Source: Chloroflexota bacterium
GTDB taxonomy: Bacteria; Chloroflexota; Chloroflexia; Chloroflexales; Roseiflexaceae
Direction of reading: 5' to 3'
DNA: 64,000 nt
NCBI GenBank assembly: GCA_013388755.1
Contig: JACAEQ010000036.1
Span: 1 to 64,000, forward strand
Shown here: positions 1 to 11,120 of the stretch, one piece after another
How positions within the stretch are numbered: position 1 is the first letter of the stretch
Layout: the number at the start of each line of letters is the position of its first letter
The notes under the pieces: model-generated
The model's input: the letters and a program-made list of their open reading frames with translations, nothing else
Told to the model about the DNA's origin: nothing
The model's database searches: none
Made by a program: the position numbers and the translations under genes

Positions 1-112
1 ACACCCCAACTCCCCCGCTGGGGGAGAAGCCGGTCTCCCGCCTCCAGCGGGGGCGGGCTGGGGTGGGGGCGAAGAGCTTATTTGAAAGGTACTGGTCGTA
101 GGGCAACTGCCG
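1..112. repeat. Family-A GC-rich hairpin repeat, diverged/partial copy at window edge
   Basis: CCCCC(N3)GGGGG palindromes plus ...GGGGTGGGGGCGAAGAGCTTATTTGAAAGGTACTGG... resemble the right arm of the element at 35503-35657 (GGGGTGGGGGTGACGGGCGTATGTGAAAGGTAGTG). Confidence 0.45.
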
Positions 113-214
113 GTCGCCTCTGGCAGAGCGGCACCTGCCTTCCGGATGGGGTGCGATGCGGCGGCCAGCCCGCCGCACCACCTCAATTATGCAGACCAGC
201 GCGCGTCGCGTAGA

Positions 215-1549
215 TCACCCGACCAGCAGTGCCAGCGGCTGCTCCAGCAATTGCCTGACCGCCCCCAGGAAGCGCGCAACTTCGGCGCCATCGGTCACGC
301 GGTGGTCGGCAGAGAGCGTCATGGTCATCGTGTGCCTGGCGACGACCTCGTCGGTCTCATCTTTGAATGCCGGTACGCGGCGCACCGCACCGACCGCCAG
401 GCTGGCAGCCTGCGGCGGTGTGATGATGGACGTGAACTCAGTGATGCCGTACATCCCCAGATTACTGACGGTAAACGTGCCGCCTTGCAGCAGGTCGGGC
501 GTGATTTTGCCCTCACGCGCCAGCGCGACGACACGCTTCGTTTCACGCGCGATCGCGCCAAGCGACCGATCCTGGCAGTTGGTGATGACCGGGGCCATCA
601 GGCCGCCGTCAAGGGCAACCGCGATCGAGATATGCACCGCTGGATGCAGGATGATGCCCTCATCGCCATATGAGGCATTCAGATGAGGGAAACTCATCAG
701 TGCCGCGGCGCTGGCCTTCAGCACCATGTCATTCAGCGAAAACTGCTCCTCTCTGGCGCGTCCTTCGTTCGCCTGGGCGCGGATCGCCAGCGCCGCGCCC
801 ATATCAACATCAAGCGACACGAAAATATGCGGCGCTTGCTGCCAGCTTTGCGACATGCGCCGCGTGATCGTTTTGCGCATGTTCGTTAGCGGCACGACGC
901 TGTGCGATACGGGCGCGGCTGCTGGCGGCGGCGTGGGGACAACTGCCGGCGCACCTGCCGCCGCGACCGGTGCGGCAGGTGGCGGGCTCACGGGCATGGG
1001 TGGCGGGCTTACGGGCGCGGGCGGCGGGCTTACGGGCGCGGGTATCACAGGTGGCGGCGCCGCGCCACGCGCCGCGAGATACGCTTCCACATCTTCTTTC
1101 ACAATGCGGCCGGCCGGGCCAGTGCCGTGCACCTGGCGCAGGTCGACCTGGTTATCCCGCGCCAGGCGGCGCGCCAGCGGCGACGCCTTGACATCAGTGT
1201 CGCCTGCCGTCGCAGGGGCCACCTCAGGCAGCGCTTGAACGGGCGCGACCGGCGTGGTCGCCGGCGCGATCATGGCCGGCGTCGCACTCTGAGGTGCCGA
1301 CACAGCCGCACCATCATCGCCGGCGAGACGAGCAATCACGGCATTCACCGGCGCCGTCTGGCCCTCACGCACGACGATCTCGGTCAGGGTTCCTGCCGCG
1401 AATGCCTCTATTTCAATGGTAACCTTATCCGTCTCGATTTCGGCGATCGGTTCGCCGCGCCGGACCTCGTCGCCAGGCTGCTTCAGCCAGCGCACGATGG
1501 TGCCCTCCTGCATATCGAACCCCATTTTGGGCATGGTAATGTCGGGCAT
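215..1549 (-). CDS. 2-oxo acid dehydrogenase E2 component (dihydrolipoamide acyltransferase)
   Basis: N-terminal lipoyl domain (IEIETDKVTIEIEAFAAGTL), Ala/Pro-rich linkers, C-terminal catalytic motif SADHRVTDGAEVARFL; 12 nt downstream of E1beta. Confidence 0.9.
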   Translation of the reverse strand: MPDITMPKMGFDMQEGTIVRWLKQPGDEVRRGEPIAEIETDKVTIEIEAFAAGTLTEIVVREGQTAPVNAVIARLAGDDGAAVSAPQSATPAMIAPATTPVAPVQALPEVAPATAGDTDVKASPLARRLARDNQVDLRQVHGTGPAGRIVKEDVEAYLAARGAAPPPVIPAPVSPPPAPVSPPPMPVSPPPAAPVAAAGAPAVVPTPPPAAAPVSHSVVPLTNMRKTITRRMSQSWQQAPHIFVSLDVDMGAALAIRAQANEGRAREEQFSLNDMVLKASAAALMSFPHLNASYGDEGIILHPAVHISIAVALDGGLMAPVITNCQDRSLGAIARETKRVVALAREGKITPDLLQGGTFTVSNLGMYGITEFTSIITPPQAASLAVGAVRRVPAFKDETDEVVARHTMTMTLSADHRVTDGAEVARFLGAVRQLLEQPLALLVG

Positions 1550-1560
1550 GACTCACTCCA

Positions 1561-2532
1561 CTACGCCAGCGCATGCCGAATCGCCTGTACGATCCGGTCA
1601 ACGGTAATGACTGTCTGCAGTTCCAGGTTTTTCGAGTATGGCATAGGCACCTCTTTGAAATTGACCCGCGTAATCGGAGCGTCAAGGTAATCAAAGCCAT
1701 ACTCATACAGCCGGGCCGCGATCTCGGCACTGGTACCGAACGACTGCCAGTCCTCGGTCACAACCACGGCGCGGTTGGTCTTCATGAAACTCTCAATCGC
1801 AAGGCTCATGTCAAGCGGTCGCAGGGTACGTAGATCAATGATTTCGACCTCAATACCTTCTCTGGCAAGAATATCGGCAGCTTGCTGCGAGAGATGCACC
1901 ATACGCGAATAGGTAACGACCGTGATATGACGCCCCTCGCGTGCCAGTCGCGCCTTGCCGATCGGGACGGTATAGCTCTCGTCAGGAGCCTCGCCCTTCA
2001 CGGTGTACATGAGCGTGTGTTCGATGAAGACAACCGGATCGGGGTCTTCAACCGCCGCTTTCAGCAATCCTTTCATGTCGTACGGTGTCGCCGGGGCGAC
2101 AACTTTCAGGCCGGGCATATGGGCGAAGTAAGCATCGAATGACTGCGAATGAGTCGCTGAGAGCTGCGTCCAGCCGTTGGTGGTACGGAGCACCATCGGC
2201 ACGGTCATCTGGCCGCCGAACATGCTGTAGATCTTGGCGGCATGATTAAACAGCATATCAAACGCCAGGAGCGAGAAATTGACCGACATGATCTCGGCAA
2301 TCGGGCGCATACCGGCCATTGCGGCGCCAATGGCGAGGCCAACGATGCCAGCTTCGGCGATTGGCGCATCACGGATCCGTTCAGGGCCGTACTGTTCAAG
2401 GAAGCCGGCCGTGACGCCATACGTGCTTCCGTAGTGCCCGATATCTTCGCCGATAATAAAGACGCGCTCATCCTGCATAACATCGTGCAGCGCCTGGCGG
2501 AGCGCTTCGCGAACGGTGATTACTGGCATGGT
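1561..2532 (-). CDS. 2-oxo acid dehydrogenase E1 component beta subunit (transketolase-like)
   Basis: MPVITVREAL...IIGEDIG...VNFSLLAFD typical E1-beta; start re-set to internal Met (track ORF is 5'-extended to 2610). Confidence 0.88.
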   Translation of the reverse strand, partial: TMPVITVREALRQALHDVMQDERVFIIGEDIGHYGSTYGVTAGFLEQYGPERIRDAPIAEAGIVGLAIGAAMAGMRPIAEIMSVNFSLLAFDMLFNHAAKIYSMFGGQMTVPMVLRTTNGWTQLSATHSQSFDAYFAHMPGLKVVAPATPYDMKGLLKAAVEDPDPVVFIEHTLMYTVKGEAPDESYTVPIGKARLAREGRHITVVTYSRMVHLSQQAADILAREGIEVEIIDLRTLRPLDMSLAIESFMKTNRAVVVTEDWQSFGTSAEIAARLYEYGFDYLDAPITRVNFKEVPMPYSKNLELQTVITVDRIVQAIRHALA

Positions 2533-2543
2533 TGCGTTACTTT

Positions 2544-3605
2544 CTACTCCCCGTGGATCGGCGGATCGACCGCGATCGGCGCCGCGTAGACGCCGGCCTG
2601 CATGATCCATTCATATCCCGGCTCCGGGCTATCTTCGGCAAAGCGTACCGACGCCTCCACCTGATCATCGATGGCATCGTTGATCGCGCGCAACTGTTGC
2701 GCGCTCGCGATACCTTCGTTGATGAGCCAGGTGCGAAACCGCTCGATCGGGTCGGCGCTGCGATGACGCTCCACATCCTCGCGGGTACGATATTTCTGCG
2801 TATCCTGCGCCGAATGGCCGCGGAAGCGGTACGTCATTGCTTCAAGCAATACTGGCCCTCTGCCTGAACGCGCATGCTCGACGGCGCGCAGCGACACCTC
2901 GCGCATCGTCAGCAGATCGTTACCGTCAACACGTTCAGCGGTCATGTCGAAGGCGCATGCCTTCCGATAGATCTCAGTGACCGCCGAGTGGACCTCGAGT
3001 GGCGTCCCCATGGCATAGAGATTGTTCTCGCACACAAACACGACGGGCAGCTTCCAGAGCTGGGCAAAATTGAGCGCTTCGTAGAACTCGCCGCCGTTGG
3101 TCGCGCCGTCACCAAAAAAGACCATGACGACCGAGTCTTTCTTCTGCATCTTCATGGCCAGCGCCACGCCGACGGCCAGCAACAGGTGGCTGCCAACGAT
3201 CGCATAGCCACCCCAGAAATTCTTACTGGCATCGGCGAAATGCATCGATCCGCCAAGACCTTTGGAACAGCCGGTGACTTTGCCGAACAGTTCGGCCATC
3301 AGCACGTTAATGTCGAGGCCACGCGCGATCGCATGACCGTGGTCGCGGTAGTGGGTAAAGATGTGATCCTCCGGTCGTAGTGCGGCAATTGCGCCGACGC
3401 CGGTAGCTTCTTCGCCAATATACAGGTGGAGGAACCCACCAATTCTTGCCCTGGTGTACATCTCCTGGCACTTCTCCTCGAAGCGCCGGATGAGCACCAT
3501 CTGACGGTAGTAATCGACAAGCGTCACCGCATCGAGTCCGGCACCGTGCACCAGCGTTGGAGCCGTAGCAGCGACATCATTCGAGCGATTATCCTGTTGA
3601 GCCAT
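2544..3605 (-). CDS. 2-oxo acid dehydrogenase E1 component alpha subunit (TPP-dependent)
   Basis: LIRRFEEK...GFLHLYIGEEA...GDGATNGG (TPP motif); start re-set to MAQQD at 3605 with upstream GAAGGGAA RBS; track ORF extends to 3869. Confidence 0.85.
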   Translation of the reverse strand: MAQQDNRSNDVAATAPTLVHGAGLDAVTLVDYYRQMVLIRRFEEKCQEMYTRARIGGFLHLYIGEEATGVGAIAALRPEDHIFTHYRDHGHAIARGLDINVLMAELFGKVTGCSKGLGGSMHFADASKNFWGGYAIVGSHLLLAVGVALAMKMQKKDSVVMVFFGDGATNGGEFYEALNFAQLWKLPVVFVCENNLYAMGTPLEVHSAVTEIYRKACAFDMTAERVDGNDLLTMREVSLRAVEHARSGRGPVLLEAMTYRFRGHSAQDTQKYRTREDVERHRSADPIERFRTWLINEGIASAQQLRAINDAIDDQVEASVRFAEDSPEPGYEWIMQAGVYAAPIAVDPPIHGE

Positions 3606-4097
3606 AGCGTGGTTGTTCCCTTCGTGTCTGCGCCTGCTGCGCCAGCCATCCGTCCAGACAACCGGCGGCACGCAGGATGGTAAAACACCCGGCAAAAGGT
3701 CATTGTGCCTCTGCACACCGACATGGCAGCCAGGCACCCGCGAGTTGCGGCACAACGCACACAAACCGCGCCGCGCGACATGCACAGTGCAGGCAATTGC
3801 GAATGAGCGAACGCGCTTGTTGTGGGTGCCGTGCGTGCGGAGAAAGCGCACCGCGCCCGTAAGCGGCATATACCAGAGACAGGATGCGCCGGATGTGCCA
3901 GGTCACTACCCGGTACAGCGCCCGGTTCGTCCCCTCAAGACCACGACAGACACAGGAGCGTCCCGGCAGGCTGTTCCGAAGGGGCACAGGCCCTTCGCCG
4001 GTACTGCACGCGGCCTACCATGACCCCCGTCACGCACACACGTCCGTGACGCACCGGCTATCGCAGGCCATACAACAACTCATACGGCACCACTGCA

Positions 4098-4964
4098 TCA
4101 CTCGTATCCATGAATGGCAGTCAGTGGGCGTTCCAGAAACATTGCCTCGCCCTGAATGACGCGCACCAGTTCATCCAGCGTCAACCGCGACAGCGTGCGT
4201 GGTGGCGCTTTGGGCGTACCACAGAGCAGCATGCGTTTCCCCGGATGCAGGTACCAGTCCGCACCACGGTCCACGGTGCGTAGATCATCGTAGACAAGTG
4301 TCAGGTCAACATTGGATCGCGCCTGGGCAGCAATGCCCATCCAGCCGTGGCGATTGCGGTAGGCATAAAGCACGGCGCCATGGCGATAGGCCAGTTTGCT
4401 CGAACCGCCATCGTCGCTATCCATTGCAATGCCCAGGCCCCATGGCGTATCGAACTCGATGCGGCGCGCAAAGGCATCTTCGAGCCTGATCTGACGCACC
4501 TCGTGTTCGTACCACGCATCCAGATTGGGCAGCATCGCGTATGCTACGTGATGCGGTCGATTGGGGAACAGCAGATTGTAGCCGGCGATGAGCGCATTTA
4601 CATTGAAGAAGCCGTGCGATGCAGCAGAAGCCGAGGCATGATCAATCTGGTTGACCTGTTCGACCAGGCGCTCGAGCGCCTCATCGTCGGGCGCAACGGT
4701 GCGGCGCACCAGCTCGGCGGCGCACAGGCCGCGATCCGCGCTGCCGTGATGGTCATACCGCCCGCCACCCGTATCAACATGAATCACATGTGGATCTTCA
4801 TCGGGCGGGCGATGATGCAAGGTCTCGCCAGCCGGCACGAACTGGAGGATTGCGTCGCACGCACCACCAAAGCGCACCAGAATCCAGATTGCCGTCAGAC
4901 AATCCAGATCAGGAGCGAGATGCCCCACGATGGTGGTCAACTGCTCCACAACGACACGACTCAC
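4098..4964 (-). CDS. DHH-family phosphoesterase (small, nanoRNase-like)
   Basis: GHLAPDLDCLTA (motif I H-x2-PDxD) and GGGRYDHHG (DHH motif). Confidence 0.55.
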   Translation of the reverse strand: MSRVVVEQLTTIVGHLAPDLDCLTAIWILVRFGGACDAILQFVPAGETLHHRPPDEDPHVIHVDTGGGRYDHHGSADRGLCAAELVRRTVAPDDEALERLVEQVNQIDHASASAASHGFFNVNALIAGYNLLFPNRPHHVAYAMLPNLDAWYEHEVRQIRLEDAFARRIEFDTPWGLGIAMDSDDGGSSKLAYRHGAVLYAYRNRHGWMGIAAQARSNVDLTLVYDDLRTVDRGADWYLHPGKRMLLCGTPKAPPRTLSRLTLDELVRVIQGEAMFLERPLTAIHGYE

Positions 4965-5135
4965 TTTCCGCTACCGACAGACACTCGCCCGATCTGACCA
5001 GTGGCGTTGTGATGCTGCCGGTGTGTCGATCCAACTAAAGAGTATAGCAGAAAAGAGGTGATCCGACAACGACTTTGCGTGGCGTGGGTGGCGTCGTGGC
5101 GTAGAGGAATGCACGAGTTTGAACAGCGTTACGCT

Positions 5136-5164
5136 TGCGTTTTGCATATGAAGGCCGTATAATA
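5136..5164 (+). promoter_or_regulatory. sigma-70-like promoter upstream of rpsA
   Basis: TTGCGT-N17-TATAAT about 70 nt upstream of the rpsA ATG; GGAAGGGG RBS before 5235. Confidence 0.5.
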
Positions 5165-5234
5165 CCATAAAATCCCGCTTCGTTATTCACCTCTATACTC
5201 TCGATCCACCTGCTGCCGGGTACAAGGAAGGGGC

Positions 5235-6446
5235 ATGGAACAGCAAGAACAGGCCGCAACGAACCGGCACAACGCACATGTCACCCGGCCGGTCGGCGAT
5301 GCTGATGCAATCAACGGGCAGTCGGCCGATCAGCGTGACGACCGCGAATTGATGGAGCAGTTCCTCGCCAACCCCGAACACGACTACCGCAATCTCCAGT
5401 ACGGCGATACCGTTGATGGCACCATCATGCGTGTCGATCGCGACGAGATCCTGGTGGACATCGGTGCCAAGGCTGAAGGGGTCGTGCCGGCAAAAGAGAT
5501 GCAATCACTTTCGGCTGAAGATCGAGCGGCGCTCCGACCGGGCGATCCCTTACTGGTTTTTGTCGTTCAATCAGAGGATCGTGAAGGTCGGGCGATACTA
5601 TCGATCGACCGGGCACGCCAGGAGAAGAGCTGGCGGCGCCTCCAGCAGTGCTATGAGTCGGGCGAGGTTATCGAGGCGAAGGTCATCAACTACAACAAAG
5701 GCGGGTTGCTCGTCAATCTTGATGGCGTGCGCGGGTTCGTGCCCTCATCGCAGGTCAGCGGCATCAGTCGCGGCCCCGATACGCAGAAACAATCCGACAT
5801 GGCGCGCATGGTCGGCCAGAATCTGGCACTCAAGGTGATCGAGATCAATCGCAACCGCAACCGTCTGATCCTCTCCGAGCGCCAGGCGGTGATGGACGTG
5901 CGCGAAGGGCGCAAAGGTGAGTTGCTCTCGGCACTGAAAGAGGGCGATGTGCGCACCGGAATCGTGACATCGGTGTGCGATTTCGGCGCATTTGTTGATA
6001 TTGGCGGCGCTGATGGCCTGGTGCATCTCTCGGAGCTCTCCTGGAGCCGGGTCAAACATCCCGGCGAGGTGTTAAAGCCGGGCGACAAGGTCCAGGTCTA
6101 TGTGCTCAGTGTGGATAATGAACGCAAACGTATCGCGCTTTCGCTCAAACGGACCCAGAATGAGCCGTGGGCGACGGTTGGGGAGCGCTATCACGTGGGT
6201 CAGGTCGTCGAAGGCGTTATTACACAACTCGCCTCTTTTGGCGCATTTGCGCGCATTGAAGATGGCGTTGAAGGATTGATTCACGTCTCCGAGATGGGCG
6301 ACGGGCGGGTGCAACATCCACGTGAGGTCGTCCAGGAAGGAGATGTTGTTCAGGCGCGGATTATTCGTATTGACCCGGCGCGCAAGCGCATGGGCCTGAG
6401 CATGCGCCAGCCTGCCGGCGACGACGAGGTCGCTGCCAATGAATGA
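5235..6446 (+). CDS. rpsA: 30S ribosomal protein S1 (four S1 domains)
   Basis: Four S1 repeats (GDTVDGTIMRVDRDEILVDIG..., GEVIEAKVINYNKGGLLVNL..., GDVRTGIVTSVCDFGAFVDIGG..., GQVVEGVITQLASFGAFARIEDG...). Confidence 0.9.
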   Translation: MEQQEQAATNRHNAHVTRPVGDADAINGQSADQRDDRELMEQFLANPEHDYRNLQYGDTVDGTIMRVDRDEILVDIGAKAEGVVPAKEMQSLSAEDRAALRPGDPLLVFVVQSEDREGRAILSIDRARQEKSWRRLQQCYESGEVIEAKVINYNKGGLLVNLDGVRGFVPSSQVSGISRGPDTQKQSDMARMVGQNLALKVIEINRNRNRLILSERQAVMDVREGRKGELLSALKEGDVRTGIVTSVCDFGAFVDIGGADGLVHLSELSWSRVKHPGEVLKPGDKVQVYVLSVDNERKRIALSLKRTQNEPWATVGERYHVGQVVEGVITQLASFGAFARIEDGVEGLIHVSEMGDGRVQHPREVVQEGDVVQARIIRIDPARKRMGLSMRQPAGDDEVAANE

Positions 6447-6513
6447 GCAGGCCGGCCAACGAACCGGGAATGCGCGAACTGGCGGCACACGGCTGGATAT
6501 GCGATGCAGTCCG

Positions 6514-6560
6514 CTGGTTCGTGGTTCTCGGTTTGTGGTTCCTGTTCCTGGTTCCTGTCA
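6514..6560 (+). promoter_or_regulatory. Tandem heptad direct repeats (CTGGTTC/GTGGTTC x6-7) immediately upstream of clpC
   Basis: ctggttc gtggttc tcggttt gtggttc ctgttc ctggttc ctgtca, read directly in sequence, ending 18 nt before the clpC ATG. Confidence 0.4.
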
Positions 6561-6578
6561 ACGTTAGGGAGAATAGCT

Positions 6579-9122
<2,544 letters not shown>

Positions 9123-9150
9123 CAGGTCGTTGCGACGGTACAGGTTTCAG

Positions 9151-9191
9151 GAAAGGGCGAAGCGTGCCTGGGGCGCATGTTTCGCCCTTTC
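9151..9191 (+). terminator. Stem-loop downstream of clpC (11-bp stem GAAAGGGCGAA/TTCGCCCTTTC)
   Basis: Perfect 11-bp inverted repeat 29 nt after the clpC stop; no clear U-tract. Confidence 0.4.
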
Positions 9192-9312
9192 AGCTTGCCT
9201 GGCGCGTGGCAGGGTGGCTTGCGCGCCGCTCCGATCAGTGCCGTGCATACACGTGATATAATGGAACAGATGAGCGACTGCGGAACCGGAGTGGTTCCGG
9301 CAGCTTCTGCCG

Positions 9313-10767
9313 TTGTTTGATCGCGCCGGGCGAACGGAAGGGAAACCGGTGGCCAGGACACGTACAATCTTCGTTTGTCAGCAATGCGGCTCGCAGCAAT
9401 CGCGCTGGATGGGCAAATGCCCCGATTGCGGCACATGGGACAGCCTGGCGGAGCAGATTGAACGCAAGGAATCCGGCGCACGAAGCCGCACCACCACAAC
9501 GCCGCACAGCCAGAACCATCCGGTGAATCTGCGCGAGGTCGCACTTGGCGGCTTCACACGCCTGCCGGTGCTTGGGAACGAGTTTGCCGGTGTGCTTGGC
9601 GGCGGCCTGGTGCCAGGCAGCCTGGTGCTCATTGGCGGTGAACCGGGGATTGGCAAAAGCAGCCTGTTGTTACAGGCCGCAGCACACGTGGCGGAACATG
9701 TCGGACCGGCATTGTACGTTTCGGCAGAAGAGTCGGCCCAGCAGATCAAATTACGCGCAGCGCGCATGGGGCTCGACCCGGAGCAACTGCTCGTCTACTC
9801 AGAAACCGCCCTCGACACCATTCTTGAACAGATCGCGGCGATCAGGCCGCAACTGGTCGTGGTGGATTCGATTCAGACGGTCTACCTGGAAGAGATTGCA
9901 TCGGCGGCCGGCAGCGTCAGCCAGGTACGCGAAGGGGCACTCCGGCTGTTACGGATTGCCAAAGAGAGTGGCATCCCGATGTTTCTGGTCGGTCATGTGA
10001 CCAAGGATGGCGCCATTGCCGGGCCACGCGTCCTCGAGCACATTGTGGACGTCGTTCTGTATCTGGAGGGGGATCGTTTTCATCAGTACCGGCTGTTGCG
10101 CGGCGTTAAGAACCGCTTCGGCTCGACCGATGAGGTGGGCGTGTTCGAAATGACATCACGCGGCTTGCAGGAGGTTCCCAATCCCTCCCAGGCGTTTCTT
10201 GCCGAACGCGTCGCCGGTTCGCCGGGGTCGGCAGTCGCGGTGACTATGGAAGGAACGCGCCCGATCCTGGTTGAGGTGCAGGCACTCACGGCCAGTACCA
10301 GCAACGCGCAACCACGCCGGACCGCCAATGGCTTCGATATGAACCGGTTGCTGATGCTGGTTGCGGTGCTGACCAGGCGTGTCGGGCTGCCATTGTTCAA
10401 TCAGGACGTGTATGTTAACATTGTGGGCGGCCTGCGGATTGATGAACCAGCTGCCGACCTGGCGGTCGCGGTCGCGATCGCGTCATCGTTCCGCAACCAG
10501 CGCGTTCGCCAGGATCTGGCGCTGGTCGGCGAGGTCGGGCTTTCGGGTGAATTGCGGAGTGCGGGGCAACTCGATCGGCGCCTGGGGGAGGCGGCCAGGC
10601 TCGGGTTTAGCCAGGCTCTGTGCCCGGAAATAACGCAGCCGCCGCGCGTTGATGGTCTCGATGTGGTGATGGCGCGCGCAGTTGGAGAAGCGGTCGAACG
10701 TGCGCTCGATGGTGCCCGGCGCCCGGCAAGCGATGCACGGCAGACGCAACCGGATGCTGTGCCTTAG
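9313..10767 (+). CDS. radA: DNA repair protein RadA (Sms)
   Basis: N-terminal C4 zinc finger (FVCQQCGSQQSRWMGKCPDCGTW), Walker A GGEPGIGKS, KNRFG motif, Lon-like C-terminal domain; exact start uncertain. Confidence 0.92.
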   Translation: MFDRAGRTEGKPVARTRTIFVCQQCGSQQSRWMGKCPDCGTWDSLAEQIERKESGARSRTTTTPHSQNHPVNLREVALGGFTRLPVLGNEFAGVLGGGLVPGSLVLIGGEPGIGKSSLLLQAAAHVAEHVGPALYVSAEESAQQIKLRAARMGLDPEQLLVYSETALDTILEQIAAIRPQLVVVDSIQTVYLEEIASAAGSVSQVREGALRLLRIAKESGIPMFLVGHVTKDGAIAGPRVLEHIVDVVLYLEGDRFHQYRLLRGVKNRFGSTDEVGVFEMTSRGLQEVPNPSQAFLAERVAGSPGSAVAVTMEGTRPILVEVQALTASTSNAQPRRTANGFDMNRLLMLVAVLTRRVGLPLFNQDVYVNIVGGLRIDEPAADLAVAVAIASSFRNQRVRQDLALVGEVGLSGELRSAGQLDRRLGEAARLGFSQALCPEITQPPRVDGLDVVMARAVGEAVERALDGARRPASDARQTQPDAVP

Positions 10768-10815
10768 TGGTCTGTCAACAACGTTTTCTCACAATGCCGT
10801 CACGCTGGGAGTGCG

Positions 10816-10853
10816 GGCGTCTCGCCCTCAATAACGGGCGCGGGCGAGACGCC
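10816..10853 (+). terminator. Hairpin after radA (12-bp stem GGCGTCTCGCCC/GGGCGAGACGCC, 14-nt loop)
   Basis: Perfect inverted repeat ~50 nt after the radA stop; loop TCAATAACGGGCGC contains the AATAACGG motif of repeat family B. Confidence 0.45.
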
Positions 10854-10900
10854 TGCGCCCGGCGATTGGCAAGAACACGTCGTTGCCAGTGTACGTAGTG

Positions 10901-11050
10901 CCTCTCCGAATAACGGATTGGATGTCATTGCGCGCGAAGCGACGCAATCGAGCGGCGCGAGCGGAGATTGCGTCAGCTACGCGTCGCTCGCTGCAGGCTG
11001 TCGCTCGCGCTCCGCGCAATGACAGGCGGCGTAGCGTTGTTCGGATAGGC
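10901..11050. repeat. Family-B intergenic imperfect-palindrome repeat (copy B1)
   Basis: CCGAATAACGG...GTCATTGCGCGCGAAGCGACGCAA...GCGCTCCGCGCAATGAC...CGTTGTTCGGATAGG; arms are mutually reverse-complementary; homologous copies at 13716, 19686, 47941, 51897. Confidence 0.75.
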
Positions 11051-11120
11051 TAACGATCAGGCCAGCCTGCCGGATGTGGCATGCCTGGCCTCCTGTGATC
11101 GATGGCATTCAGTGGCACTC

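Noticed and set aside
146-686. Two ~175-aa plus-strand ORFs at the 5' end
   Set aside because: Both are antisense to the well-supported E2 gene (215-1549).
6504-6578. 5' extensions of track ORFs (clpC 6504, E1beta 2610, E1alpha 3869, E2 53911, sucC 34700, AKR 50611, ADH 21849, ASCH 35204)
   Set aside because: Conserved N-termini and RBS-like motifs begin at internal Met codons; the extensions overlap upstream genes or lack homology.
10828-11019. Small ORFs with recurring peptide (...SERRVADAISARAARLRR...) at 10828-11019, 19685-19966, 47954-48397 and 51888-52303
   Set aside because: They lie inside copies of the family-B nucleotide repeat; the conservation is at DNA level in both orientations, not of a protein.
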